From Thermodesulfobacteriota bacterium (GTDB lineage Bacteria > Desulfobacterota > Binatia > UBA9968 > JAJDTQ01), in assembly GCA_965116635.1 (NCBI GenBank), contig OZ220710.1:2335467-2399466 (forward strand): a DNA stretch of 64,000 nt. The letters run 5' to 3'. The position numbers were made by a program, and so were the translations under genes. The stretch's first letter is position 1. Each line of letters opens with the position of its first letter. Below the pieces are notes generated by a model. That model worked only from the letters and a program-made list of their open reading frames with translations. It did not search any database and was not told the origin of the DNA. This document shows positions 18,336 to 27,792 of the stretch, in pieces.

Positions 18336-19511
18336 ATGGCGGGAACACTCGAAGGCATCAAGATTCTGGAGCTGTCCAGCTTCGTGACGGGGCCGTTCGC
18401 CTCCATGCTCATGGCGGACCTGGGCGCGGAGGTCATCAAGGTCGAAGACCGGGAAAAGGGCGATCCGTTCCGCGGTTGGGGCGAGCGGCTCTACTCGGCC
18501 ACCTTTTGCAGCCTGAACCGGAACAAGAAGAGCATCACGCTGGACATCCGCAGCGAGGAGGGCCGGGACATCTGCCGCCGGCTGGCGGCCGAGTCCGACG
18601 TGCTCATCGAGAACCACCGCCCGGGCGTCATGGCCCGCCGAGGCCTGGATTACGACACGATCCGCGCGCTGAACCCCCGGATCGTCTACTGCTCTATTTC
18701 CGGCTTCGGCCAGGACGGACCCTATCGTGACCGGCCCGGGTTCGATACCGTCGGCCAGGGGATGAGCGGGCTGCTGAGCCTGCTCACGGATCCCGACCAG
18801 CCCAAGGGCATGGGCATCTCCCTGTCCGACCACCTCACCGGCGTCTACGCCTGCTACGGCGTGCTGGCGGCGCTGGTGAACCGGATGATGACCGGCGAGG
18901 GACAGATCATCGAAACGTCCCTGTTGCGCGCGTCGGTATCCTTTACCGCGGAAAACTGCGCCCGCTACTTCGAAACCGGCGTGGTGCCCAGCCGGGCCGA
19001 CCGCACCCACACCGCCGGGGTCTTTGCATTCGTGGACCGGGACGGCAAACCCTTCGTCGTCCACTTGTCCTCACCCGACAAGTTCTGGCTCGGCCTCGTG
19101 GAAGTGGTGGGCAAACCCGAGTGGGCCGAAGACCCGCGATTCGTGGACAAGAAAGGCCGCACCGACCACCACGACTTGCTGGAAGAGGAGCTCCAGGCCA
19201 TCTTCGGCCAGGACTGCCGCGACGTGTGGCTGCGCAAACTCGAGGAGCACGACGTCCCCTCCACCCCGTTGAACAACCTCGAGGACATGTTCAACGATCC
19301 GCAGGTGCGGCAGTACGGCTTCCCCATCGAGGTGGAGCACCCCGAGATGGGCAAGGTGAAGCTGGTGGGCAGCGGCGTCAACATGAGCCGGACGCCGCCG
19401 GAGACTCCGACCCCCCCGCCCATGCTCGGCGAGAACACCGATGAAATCCTGCAGGGCCTGGGTTACGGCGTAGACGCCATCGAGGGGCTGCGCGCGCGAC
19501 AGGTCATCTAG
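18336..19511 (+). CDS. CoA-transferase family III (CaiB/BaiF-like)
   Basis: N-terminus MAGTLEGIKILELSSFVTGPFASMLMADLGAEVIKVE, typical of family III CoA transferases. Starts 5 bp after the HyuB stop. Confidence 0.85.
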   Translation: MAGTLEGIKILELSSFVTGPFASMLMADLGAEVIKVEDREKGDPFRGWGERLYSATFCSLNRNKKSITLDIRSEEGRDICRRLAAESDVLIENHRPGVMARRGLDYDTIRALNPRIVYCSISGFGQDGPYRDRPGFDTVGQGMSGLLSLLTDPDQPKGMGISLSDHLTGVYACYGVLAALVNRMMTGEGQIIETSLLRASVSFTAENCARYFETGVVPSRADRTHTAGVFAFVDRDGKPFVVHLSSPDKFWLGLVEVVGKPEWAEDPRFVDKKGRTDHHDLLEEELQAIFGQDCRDVWLRKLEEHDVPSTPLNNLEDMFNDPQVRQYGFPIEVEHPEMGKVKLVGSGVNMSRTPPETPTPPPMLGENTDEILQGLGYGVDAIEGLRARQVI

Positions 19512-19720
19512 TGTCAATCGTCCCGTGACGCCCATCCAGGGGCCGTCGGAGGCTCTTTCGGCGTGTGGAGATGGGTCAAAATTTCATGGCGTTTTTTCGT
19601 TGCTTGGAGCCGCCCAAGTCTGATAGGTACTTAACTCTTTTATAACTTTGGCGTGATCGCGGCATGTGCCACGACGGACCACGGTCCACGCGGCTACGGC
19701 GGGTAACGCCCGGAACACGG

Positions 19721-22255
19721 ATGACCGGTATGATGTACCACACCAAAACCCTTTGCCTTCTGGTGGCACTGTTCATGTCCCTCGCCTCATGCGTCTCCAT
19801 CGAGGAACACGAGGAACTGAACCGCGAGAAACAACGCGTAGAGGCGGACAATACCACTCTGACGCAGGACCTTCAGCGCCGAGGACGCGAGGTTACCACC
19901 CTCGAAGCGAGAGTCGCGGAACTGACGCAGGACGTGACCCGGTCCGAGGGCAGGCTCGAACAGAGGGGACAGGAACTCGCGGACGCGCAACGACAGATCA
20001 ACGAGCTGACGGCATCCCTGGCCCAGGTCCGGCAGGAGTTGAACACCGCCGTCACCGAACGAAGCAACACCGTGAACCGCTACCAGCGGAGAGTGGCGGA
20101 TTTGACGGCCGAACGGGACAACACCCTCAAGACCGTCGACGACTATGCCGCGCAACTCGACGAAAAAGCGGCGGCAGTACAGGATCTGGACGCCAGAGTT
20201 CGGGAATTGGCCCGTCTCAGGGACTCCCTGGTGCAGCAGAACGCCCTTCTGGCGACCGCCAAGGCCGATCTCGAAGAAAACTTCGCCGCGCTTGTACGCA
20301 ACCGGGATGAATTGACCGCGCAAGTGGAAGGGCTTGGGACCCAGGTGGCCCAGCAGGATCGGGTCATCAGCGGCATGAGCGCCCAAACCGATCGGCTGAA
20401 CGCGGTGAAGCAGTCGCTGGAAGCGGAAGTCACCAACCAGAAGGCCAGCATGGCACAGTTGCGGCAGCAAGTGTCGGAAGTGACACGCTCACTGGAACAG
20501 ACCCGCGCCGACAAGGACGACGCCCTGGCCAACCTCGCCGCAAAGGAAGAGGAAGCCGGCGAAAAACTCGCCTCCCTGACCGCCGCCCATGAGCAGGCCG
20601 TCGAACAACACCGGCGGCAACTGGCCCTGACCACCCGCTCGCTGAACCAGACCCGCGCCGACAAGGACGAGGCCCTGGCCAACCTCGCCGCAAAGGAAAA
20701 AGAAGCCGCCGAGAAACTGGCGTCCCTTACGTCCCTTGCCGCCGCCCATGAACAGGCCGTCCAAAAGCTCCGGCAACAACTGGCTCAAACCACTCGCTCA
20801 CTGGAGCAGACCCGCGCCGACAAGGACGACGCCCTGGCCAACCTCGCCGCAAAGGAAAAAGAAGCCGGTGAGAAACTCGCCGCCCTTGCCGCCGATCATG
20901 AACAGGCCGTCACAGAGCTCCGGCAGCAACTCGGTCAGACCACTCGCGCCCTGAACCAGACCCGCGCCGATGAGGAAAAGGCCTTGGCCGACCTCGCCGC
21001 CAGGGAACGGGCGACCACCGCAAGCCTGATTTCTCTCACCACCTCCCACGAACAGGCCGTCAGCCAGTTGCGGCAACAATTGGCACAGGCCACGGCTTCC
21101 CTCGAACAAGTGCAGACGAAAAAGGACCAGGAAATCGCCGCCCTGACCGCCGATTCACAACGCCTTGCGAAACAGTTGGCGACGTTGAGGGCCGGCCATG
21201 AAGAAGCCACCGGACGACTGCGGCAGCAACTGGCCGAAGCGACACGGTCTCTCGAACGGACGCAGGCCGGGAAGGACCAGGCGCTCGCGGCCTTGACGGT
21301 GGTCCAAGGAGACCTCACGACACAATTGGGGCAACTGAAGTCCGCCGTCGAACAGGCTGTCGGAGAGTCGCAGAGACAACAGGCTCAAGCCGCCGTGGCG
21401 CAACTTGAACAACGCCTGGCGGAGGTGAATCGTTCGCTGGGACAGACCCGCGCCGAGAAGGAACAAGCCTTGGCCGACCTGGCTGCCAGGGAAAAGGAAG
21501 CGACCGAGAAGCTCACCTCGCTCACCACCGCCCACGAACAGGCCGCCGCGCAACTTCAGGGGCAACTGGATGAGACCAACCGCTCCCTCGAGCAGACCCG
21601 GGGCGAGAAAGCCAAAGCGGTAGCCGATGTCGCCGCCAGGGAAAAGGAAGCGGCCGAAAAACTCGCCGCCCTCACCGCCGCCCACGAACAGGCCGCCGCG
21701 CAGCTTCAGCGGCAACTGGACGAAACCAATCGCTCGCTCGAACAGACCCGCAGCGAAAAAGAACAGGCGATGGCCGATCTCACCGCCAAGGAAAAGGAAG
21801 CGGCAGACAAGATCGCCGCCCTCACCGCCGCCCACCAGCAGGCGGCCGCGCAGCTTCAACAGCAACTGGAAGATACCAACCGCTCGCTCGAACAGACCCG
21901 CACAGAGAAGCAGCAGGCCGTGACCGATCTGGCCGTCAAGGAAAAGGAGGCGGCAGACAAGATCGCTGCCCTCACCGCCACCCACAATCAGGCCGCCGCG
22001 CAGCTACGGCAGCAACTGGCGGAAACCAACCGCTCGCTCGAACAGACCCGCACAGAGAAGCAGGAAGCCGTTACCGCCCTGGGCGTCGACAAGCAGAAAC
22101 TCGCGCTGCAGATGACCAAGGCGGAGGCCGAGCGCGACGCCCTCAAGCAACAGATCGAGGGAAAACTCGTGCTGGAAACCTACTGGCAGTGGATCTTCGG
22201 CGCGGTCGTGGGCCTCGGAGCCATTGGTTGGGGTTCCAGGTGGTTCCGGTCGTAG
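19721..22255 (+). CDS. lipoprotein with ~10 tandem 50-aa coiled-coil repeats and C-terminal transmembrane anchor
   Basis: Signal peptide plus lipobox (LFMSLASC). The unit RSLEQTRADKDDALANLAAKEKEAGEKLASLTAAHEQAVEQHRRQLAQTT is repeated about 10 times. The C-terminus WQWIFGAVVGLGAIGWG is hydrophobic. Confidence 0.7.
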   Translation: MTGMMYHTKTLCLLVALFMSLASCVSIEEHEELNREKQRVEADNTTLTQDLQRRGREVTTLEARVAELTQDVTRSEGRLEQRGQELADAQRQINELTASLAQVRQELNTAVTERSNTVNRYQRRVADLTAERDNTLKTVDDYAAQLDEKAAAVQDLDARVRELARLRDSLVQQNALLATAKADLEENFAALVRNRDELTAQVEGLGTQVAQQDRVISGMSAQTDRLNAVKQSLEAEVTNQKASMAQLRQQVSEVTRSLEQTRADKDDALANLAAKEEEAGEKLASLTAAHEQAVEQHRRQLALTTRSLNQTRADKDEALANLAAKEKEAAEKLASLTSLAAAHEQAVQKLRQQLAQTTRSLEQTRADKDDALANLAAKEKEAGEKLAALAADHEQAVTELRQQLGQTTRALNQTRADEEKALADLAARERATTASLISLTTSHEQAVSQLRQQLAQATASLEQVQTKKDQEIAALTADSQRLAKQLATLRAGHEEATGRLRQQLAEATRSLERTQAGKDQALAALTVVQGDLTTQLGQLKSAVEQAVGESQRQQAQAAVAQLEQRLAEVNRSLGQTRAEKEQALADLAAREKEATEKLTSLTTAHEQAAAQLQGQLDETNRSLEQTRGEKAKAVADVAAREKEAAEKLAALTAAHEQAAAQLQRQLDETNRSLEQTRSEKEQAMADLTAKEKEAADKIAALTAAHQQAAAQLQQQLEDTNRSLEQTRTEKQQAVTDLAVKEKEAADKIAALTATHNQAAAQLRQQLAETNRSLEQTRTEKQEAVTALGVDKQKLALQMTKAEAERDALKQQIEGKLVLETYWQWIFGAVVGLGAIGWGSRWFRS
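20480..22080 (+). repeat. ~150-bp in-frame tandem DNA repeats (about 10-11 copies) inside the coiled-coil lipoprotein gene
   Basis: Repeated cgctc(g/a)ctggaacagacccgcgccgacaaggacgacgccctggccaacctcgccgcaaaggaa... units. Confidence 0.8.
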
Positions 22256-22266
22256 CGGGTGGACTC

Positions 22267-22992
22267 TCAGCCCGTCATGTCGGGCCAGTCCCGCAGCAGC
22301 TTCCCGTAACCGGCAATGCTGCATGAAAACCCGACCCTGGAGAGCATGAACCAGAGCATGGCGGGATTGCTGGCCACCACCGGCCGCGAGAGGTTCTGCT
22401 CGATCCGGTCCAACACCTTCAGCGGGTCCAGCACCGCCCCCTGGAAATAGACCGCGTCCACGTCCGGGTTCGCCGCAAGCGCTTTTTCGGTGAGCGCGTA
22501 CACGTCCTCGGGCTCCACCGTCATGGCGTCGCGGTAGTCGTCGAAGGTATCCGCGGGTGAGATCGCTTCGATGCCGCAGTCGGTGAGATAGTCGCGGATC
22601 AGCTTGTTCATGGACTCGACGAACGGGGTCAGCAGCAGCACCCTGGGAGTCGAAAGAGACTTCAGCGCCTCCACGCAGGATTCCAGCGCCGTCGTCACCG
22701 GCACGTCCACCGCATCCTTCAACCGCCCCAGCAGTCCCGGATTGAGCACCTCCACCGGCGCCCCGCTGACGATGACACCCTTCCAGCCACGCTCCCGCGC
22801 CAGCCGGGCCGAGGTCTCCACCACCATGTCGTCGGTGCCCCTGAGGCTCTCCAGGGACCCGCGGACGATTCCCAGCCCCTCGAAGTCCATCTCGACTTCC
22901 TCGGGGATGAAGGCCCGGAACGGCTCGAAGTGGGCGCTTGAGCTCGAGATGGGTGTGACGAAACCAATTTTGAGTTTTGCCGGCTCTGCCAT
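22267..22992 (-). CDS. Asp/Glu/hydantoin racemase superfamily protein (maleate isomerase / arylmalonate decarboxylase-like)
   Basis: 241 aa with a two-lobed racemase-like pattern (GFVTP...SSSAHFEP; LLLTPFVESMN). Confidence 0.55.
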   Translation of the reverse strand: MAEPAKLKIGFVTPISSSSAHFEPFRAFIPEEVEMDFEGLGIVRGSLESLRGTDDMVVETSARLARERGWKGVIVSGAPVEVLNPGLLGRLKDAVDVPVTTALESCVEALKSLSTPRVLLLTPFVESMNKLIRDYLTDCGIEAISPADTFDDYRDAMTVEPEDVYALTEKALAANPDVDAVYFQGAVLDPLKVLDRIEQNLSRPVVASNPAMLWFMLSRVGFSCSIAGYGKLLRDWPDMTG

Positions 22993-23020
22993 GGGTTCCT
23001 CCTTGTCCGGAAACCGATCT

Positions 23021-24220
23021 TCAGAACGAACGCGCGGCGATCCAACTGCCGCCGATGAAAGTGCCCAGGGTGCTCCCCAGGTTCGAGAACACGACGACGA
23101 GCAGGATACGCGAGACGGGGTTGCGCCAAAGCCCCTTGGGGAACGCGGTCACCACCTCGCCCATGGCCTCCAGGTCGGCCACGGTGGGCTTCTTGACCCA
23201 GGCCTGGACCAGTCCCGAGACCCAGCCGGCGGCGATGGCGGGGTTGAGGCTCGTGATGGGGGCGGCCAGAAACGCGGCCAGCACCGTCACCGGGTGGCCC
23301 AGGGCCAGCGCCGCGCCCGCCGCCGCCAGAACGCCGTTCACCAGCACCCAGATGGAGACGGACTCCAGGGAGTGGGCGGCGCCGGCGCGGTAGAAGCCGT
23401 AGGCGATGATCGCCACGATCAGGGAAGGCACCAGCCACTTGATGCTCCTGGACCACAGCGAACGCTCGGGGACGGTCTCGAGAGGAGCCAGCGAATGGTC
23501 CGTGTGAATCGCCCGGGCGATGCCCGGCACATGCCCCGAGCCCACCACCGCCACCACCCTCTCGCCCTCGGCTTCCCGGATCTTCTGCGCCAGGTAGACG
23601 TCCCTCTCGTCGATGATCGAGTGCTTGATGGCGGGAAAGGCGTTGGCGAACTCCACCAGGACGTCCCCCAACCGTTCCTGCCGCTTGAGATCGTCCACCG
23701 CCTGCTTGTCGATCTCCGGCTCCACCACCACGCTGCTGAGAAGCACGAAGAGCAGCTTCAGCTTGTTCCAGTAGTTGAGGCCGCGCCAGGTCCTTTTCAA
23801 TGTCACCTGGACGTCGCGGTCCACCAGCACAAGCTCCACGCCGCGCTCATGCGCCAGCTTGACGCCCTCCAGCATATCGGCGCCGGGCCGGACGCCGAGC
23901 CGGTCGCCGATGCGCTTGTAGAACGCCGACATGATCAGTTGGCTCAACAGGAGGGCGGCCTTGCCCTCCTTGATGACCTTGAAGACGTCCATCTTGCGCC
24001 AGGCGTCAGGCCGGGTGAAGGCCTCGTACCGGGCCTGGCACAACTCCACGCAGATGGCGTCGGGCGCCACCGTCTCCACGGTCCTGCGCACGTCCTCGAC
24101 GCTCTCCGAAGACACGTGCGCGGTGCCGACGAGATAGATCTCCCGGCCCCGGTCATGAAGGCGCCGGGTGTTGGCCGGGAGTCCGGTAGGCGCCGGGCCT
24201 TGTGCTTCGTCCGTGTCCAC
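23021..24220 (-). CDS. TraB/GumN family protein with C-terminal membrane domain
   Basis: EIYLVGTAHVSSESVEDV and AICVELCQARY are TraB-family motifs. C-terminal hydrophobic helices. The start is uncertain: the track ORF reaches 24442, but the first ~75 aa look non-coding (R/G-rich), so GTG near 24220 is proposed. Confidence 0.65.
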   Translation of the reverse strand: MDTDEAQGPAPTGLPANTRRLHDRGREIYLVGTAHVSSESVEDVRRTVETVAPDAICVELCQARYEAFTRPDAWRKMDVFKVIKEGKAALLLSQLIMSAFYKRIGDRLGVRPGADMLEGVKLAHERGVELVLVDRDVQVTLKRTWRGLNYWNKLKLLFVLLSSVVVEPEIDKQAVDDLKRQERLGDVLVEFANAFPAIKHSIIDERDVYLAQKIREAEGERVVAVVGSGHVPGIARAIHTDHSLAPLETVPERSLWSRSIKWLVPSLIVAIIAYGFYRAGAAHSLESVSIWVLVNGVLAAAGAALALGHPVTVLAAFLAAPITSLNPAIAAGWVSGLVQAWVKKPTVADLEAMGEVVTAFPKGLWRNPVSRILLVVVFSNLGSTLGTFIGGSWIAARSF

Positions 24221-24225
24221 GCGGG

Positions 24226-25041
24226 TCAAACCTGCGCCACCGGCCCGTCGTAGTTCCGCAGCCAGCCGATGAACTGGACGATCTGGTCGACCATGTAGTC
24301 GTGGTATGCCTTGCCCTTCTCGGGCGACGCCTTGATGGAAGGGCTGAAGGAGCCCGTGGGGACGATGCGGCGTTGCTCCGTGCTGGTCCAGGGAATGTCG
24401 ATGACCTCGTGCGGCGCGGAGAAGAGGTCGCCGTGGGACCACGGCGAGAAATTCTCGTCAAAGTCCACCTGCGAGGTGGTGAGCTTCTCCTGCTTGATCA
24501 GGTGGGGGTACTTGTACCAGCACTCCGAGATCTCCAGCTCGCCGCTGTGATGCTCCTTGGCTTCCTTGATCTCGTTGGCGATCTTCTTGGCGATCTTCAC
24601 CGGATCGATGACCGCGAAGAAGACCTCGGGCATCTCGTACTCGCGCAGGTTCTTGGTGGCCGCCAGCAGGCCGGGGAGGTTGGCGCCCTTGTGTCCGTTG
24701 ATGATGAGGATCTTCCGGAAGCCGTGCTTTTGCAGGCTGCGGCTCATGTCCTGGATCACCGCCATCAAGGTCTCGGTGCGGAGCGAGATGGTTCCCGGGA
24801 AACCCAGGTGATGCGGCGAGTCGCCGAACCACAACGGCGGCGTGCACAGCGTTCCGGTAGCCCGGGCCACGTCTTCCGCCAGGGCGATGGCGATGAGGCA
24901 GTCCAGCCCCAGAGGGCCGGCGGGGCCATGCTCTTCGGTGCTGCCCACCGGACAGATGATGATGTCGGAGTCCTCGAGGTATGCCCCGACATCCTCCCAA
25001 GTCAGTTCCTGAAGCCATACCGAGCCAAGCTGCGCCGCCAT
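24226..25041 (-). CDS. creatininase (creatinine amidohydrolase) family protein
   Basis: CPVGSTEEHGPAGPLGLD is the creatininase metal-binding block. ATG at 25041 is preceded by AGGAGG. Confidence 0.8.
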   Translation of the reverse strand: MAAQLGSVWLQELTWEDVGAYLEDSDIIICPVGSTEEHGPAGPLGLDCLIAIALAEDVARATGTLCTPPLWFGDSPHHLGFPGTISLRTETLMAVIQDMSRSLQKHGFRKILIINGHKGANLPGLLAATKNLREYEMPEVFFAVIDPVKIAKKIANEIKEAKEHHSGELEISECWYKYPHLIKQEKLTTSQVDFDENFSPWSHGDLFSAPHEVIDIPWTSTEQRRIVPTGSFSPSIKASPEKGKAYHDYMVDQIVQFIGWLRNYDGPVAQV

Positions 25042-25102
25042 TTCATCTCCTCCTGTCCGGTGGCCCGCGGCGTCGTCCCCGCGCCGCCGCCGGTTCTTCG
25101 AT

Positions 25103-26080
25103 CTATTTGATGGCCAAGGGATTCGTGGGGGAGCCCACCGCACCGGTGACCGGCAGCGCGGGGGCCACGAACATGAACTCGTAACGCCCGTCCTCGGCAC
25201 AGTCCTCGGCGAGTTCTTCCAGATGGAAGATCTCGCCCACGGTGAGACCCATGTTCGGGATGCTGACCCAGTGCCAAGGCTGGTTGGCCTCGCGGGTCTG
25301 GTTGGGGCGGACCTCCACTCCCCAGGTGTCGGTGGCCACCGCGGCCACCTCCTTGGCGTGGAGCCAGTCCAGGGTCTCGAAACCGAGCCCCGGGGCGTCG
25401 CCGCCCGGATAGCCGTCCCAGGAGCCGGCGTCCAGCTTGGCCTTCATCTGGCCCGTGCGCACCAGCACGAAGTCGCCCCGCCGGACCTCCACGTCCTGGG
25501 CCTTCAGGGCGCGGTCGAGGTCGCGGTTGGTGATGGCATAACCGTCCTTCAGCCAATCGGCGCCCTTCGCCCGGGCCACGTCCAGCAGCACGCCGCGGCC
25601 GACCATCTTGTCCCGGGTCTTCTCGATGCCGTTTTTGGCGGCCCCGCCGGTGGTGACCAGCCGGCAGTCGTAGCCGTTGTACATCCGGTCTTCGTAGAAG
25701 ATGTGCGCCAGCCCGTCCCACTGGGTGCCGGCCTGGAGCGGCATGATGATGATGTCGTCGGCGCCCCGGATGCCCCGGTGGTCGAGCACGCCCGAGTAGG
25801 CGTCCGTGCCGGTGCGGAGCATGAGGTGTATGGGATTGAAACGGCCCATGGCGGGATAGTTGCTCTTGCCGCCTTGCGGGCCCGAGGCGTCGAAGTCGAG
25901 GGCCAGGGAGAACACCCGGCCCCTGCGCACGAGCTGCGCGGCGGCGACGACGTCTTCCGGCGTGGTGAAGTTGAGCGTACCGACCTCGTCGTCCTTGCCC
26001 CACCGGCCCCAGTTGCGCAGCCGCTCGGCCGCTTCCCGGATGCGCTCCATGCTGAGTTTCGGACGTCTGCGAGTCGCCAA
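25103..26080 (-). CDS. cyclase family protein (kynurenine formamidase-like), divergent metal motif
   Basis: PF04199-like layout. The canonical HxGTHxDxPxH block reads QAGTQWDGLAH here. Confidence 0.75.
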   Translation of the reverse strand: MATRRRPKLSMERIREAAERLRNWGRWGKDDEVGTLNFTTPEDVVAAAQLVRRGRVFSLALDFDASGPQGGKSNYPAMGRFNPIHLMLRTGTDAYSGVLDHRGIRGADDIIIMPLQAGTQWDGLAHIFYEDRMYNGYDCRLVTTGGAAKNGIEKTRDKMVGRGVLLDVARAKGADWLKDGYAITNRDLDRALKAQDVEVRRGDFVLVRTGQMKAKLDAGSWDGYPGGDAPGLGFETLDWLHAKEVAAVATDTWGVEVRPNQTREANQPWHWVSIPNMGLTVGEIFHLEELAEDCAEDGRYEFMFVAPALPVTGAVGSPTNPLAIK

Positions 26081-26143
26081 GCGTGCCTCCTGTGCCTGTG
26101 GCCGGGTTGAAACTCTTCGAGGGATCGCCTAAGAAAATCCGGT

Positions 26144-26407
26144 ATGTCGTCCGTTGCTGACAACGGCAGGGGCCAGAAGGTGATGCTCGGCTTCGTAGTG
26201 CGACGTTGCGCCAGGGATCTCGGCCACGCCCCCACCCCTCAGGAATTCGCCGTCTGGGCCAACAACCAGAGCCTCGACGGAGAGCGCTACAACATCTTCG
26301 GGCAAGCCATCTCGGCCGAAGCGGCCAAGCTGATGTTGAGTCGACTCGACCGTCTCGTGACCGTCCGCTCGCCGGACGTCATTCTCCGGCAGCCCGACGC
26401 CCCCTGA
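26144..26407 (+). CDS. hypothetical small protein (87 aa)
   Basis: Fills the 347-bp gap between two minus-strand genes. Codon third positions are GC-rich, as in real genes. No recognisable domain. Confidence 0.3.
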   Translation: MSSVADNGRGQKVMLGFVVRRCARDLGHAPTPQEFAVWANNQSLDGERYNIFGQAISAEAAKLMLSRLDRLVTVRSPDVILRQPDAP

Positions 26408-26427
26408 GATGCCGCGCCTCTCACCCG

Positions 26428-27579
26428 CTAGGAAGCCTTCCTCGCCGCGTCGCTGATGTCCAGGTTGTAGAGCCTGGCGCCGTTGTCCTGCAGAATCTTG
26501 GTCTTCACGTCCTCGCTGAGGTCATCCCGCTGTTTCAGGTAGTCGCTGGACAGGACTTCACGATCGCCGTGGGGCATGTCCGAACCGTAGACCACCTGCC
26601 CCTCGCCCACGAGCTCCACCACCTCCGGCAGCAGCCGGTCTTCGACCTCCGTGCTGAGATAGAGATTCCCCTTCTCGACATATTCCATCGGCGCCAGCTT
26701 GGCCTTGGGGGTCGTGTCCGGGAGGATGTCGGCGAGAAAATTCCCCGAGTGGCCGAAACGGTGGTCCAGACGGTCGATCATGAAATGGACCCACTGGCAG
26801 CCGGCCTCCAGAAATCCCACGCGCAGGGTGGGGAAACGGTCCAGCAGGCCGCTGTTGATCATGGCCGAGAAACCCAGCAGCACCGGCATCAGGAACGCGT
26901 TCACCGAGGACGGATAGATGTGGGTGAAGAGACCGCTCAGGGCCGGGCACGCCCAACCCACGTGGATCGCCAGGGTCATGTCCTTCTCCACCAGCGCCTC
27001 GTAGAACGGCAGGAACGCGGGGTCGTCGAGCATCCGGTCGCCGATGGTGCCCAGCACCATGACCGCCACGGCGCCGAGGCTGTGAGCCTCCTGGACCTGC
27101 TTCACCGCCCCCTCGACGTCGTCGAGGTTCACCACCGCGGCCCACTTGAGCCGCTCGTGGGCGCCGATCTGATCGCCCAGGAAGCGATTGTACGCCGAGC
27201 CCATGGCGGTCAGGAGAGCCGGGTTCGCGGTCAGCGGATAGGCGAGGAACAGCGTGGGATAGAGGACCTGCAGCGAGATCCCTTCCTTGTCCATGGCCTC
27301 GATCCGCTCCGTGACCCCGTGGATCTCCATGCTGCCGAGGGTGTCGGATTTCTTCTGGGCATGGAGCGTTTTCTTGCCCTTGTAGCTGGCCGGGGTGCCG
27401 AGGTTGTGGGCACCGCGGCCGACACGGCGCGGGTACATCTGCTCCTCGATCATCCAGTAGACCATCTCGTCGATGGCCACCACCCGCGGCCGCTGGGCCC
27501 GAAACGCCGGGTCAAAGTACTTGTCGCTGAATGTGGTTTCGCTCTCTTCGACATGTCCGTCCGCATCGACCAGGTACAT
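26428..27579 (-). CDS. amidohydrolase-2 family metal-dependent hydrolase/decarboxylase
   Basis: N-terminus MYLVDADGHVEES. Same family as 8122 and 33637. Confidence 0.8.
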   Translation of the reverse strand: MYLVDADGHVEESETTFSDKYFDPAFRAQRPRVVAIDEMVYWMIEEQMYPRRVGRGAHNLGTPASYKGKKTLHAQKKSDTLGSMEIHGVTERIEAMDKEGISLQVLYPTLFLAYPLTANPALLTAMGSAYNRFLGDQIGAHERLKWAAVVNLDDVEGAVKQVQEAHSLGAVAVMVLGTIGDRMLDDPAFLPFYEALVEKDMTLAIHVGWACPALSGLFTHIYPSSVNAFLMPVLLGFSAMINSGLLDRFPTLRVGFLEAGCQWVHFMIDRLDHRFGHSGNFLADILPDTTPKAKLAPMEYVEKGNLYLSTEVEDRLLPEVVELVGEGQVVYGSDMPHGDREVLSSDYLKQRDDLSEDVKTKILQDNGARLYNLDISDAARKAS

Positions 27580-27792
27580 GGTTCACCTCCGTGTTTTGGG
27601 CCGAGCCCGTTTCGGTCCTCCTTGGGCGCGACCCCTCTGGATTTAGCCTAACCCTTTGGGCAGTTCAAGGTCTACGTGCGATCAGTACGGCGCGCGTTGA
27701 CACCGCCGAAAAAAGCCTCTAGGGTTCACAGCTTTACCGGGTGAGACTCCGCATCATCGGACGAACTCCGGACAACCGACGAGGAGGGAATC

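Noticed and set aside
20480-22080. Tandem repeats that could be mistaken for a CRISPR or satellite array
   Set aside because: The period is about 150 bp and in-frame within a long ORF with a signal peptide and TM anchor. They are protein-coding coiled-coil repeats.
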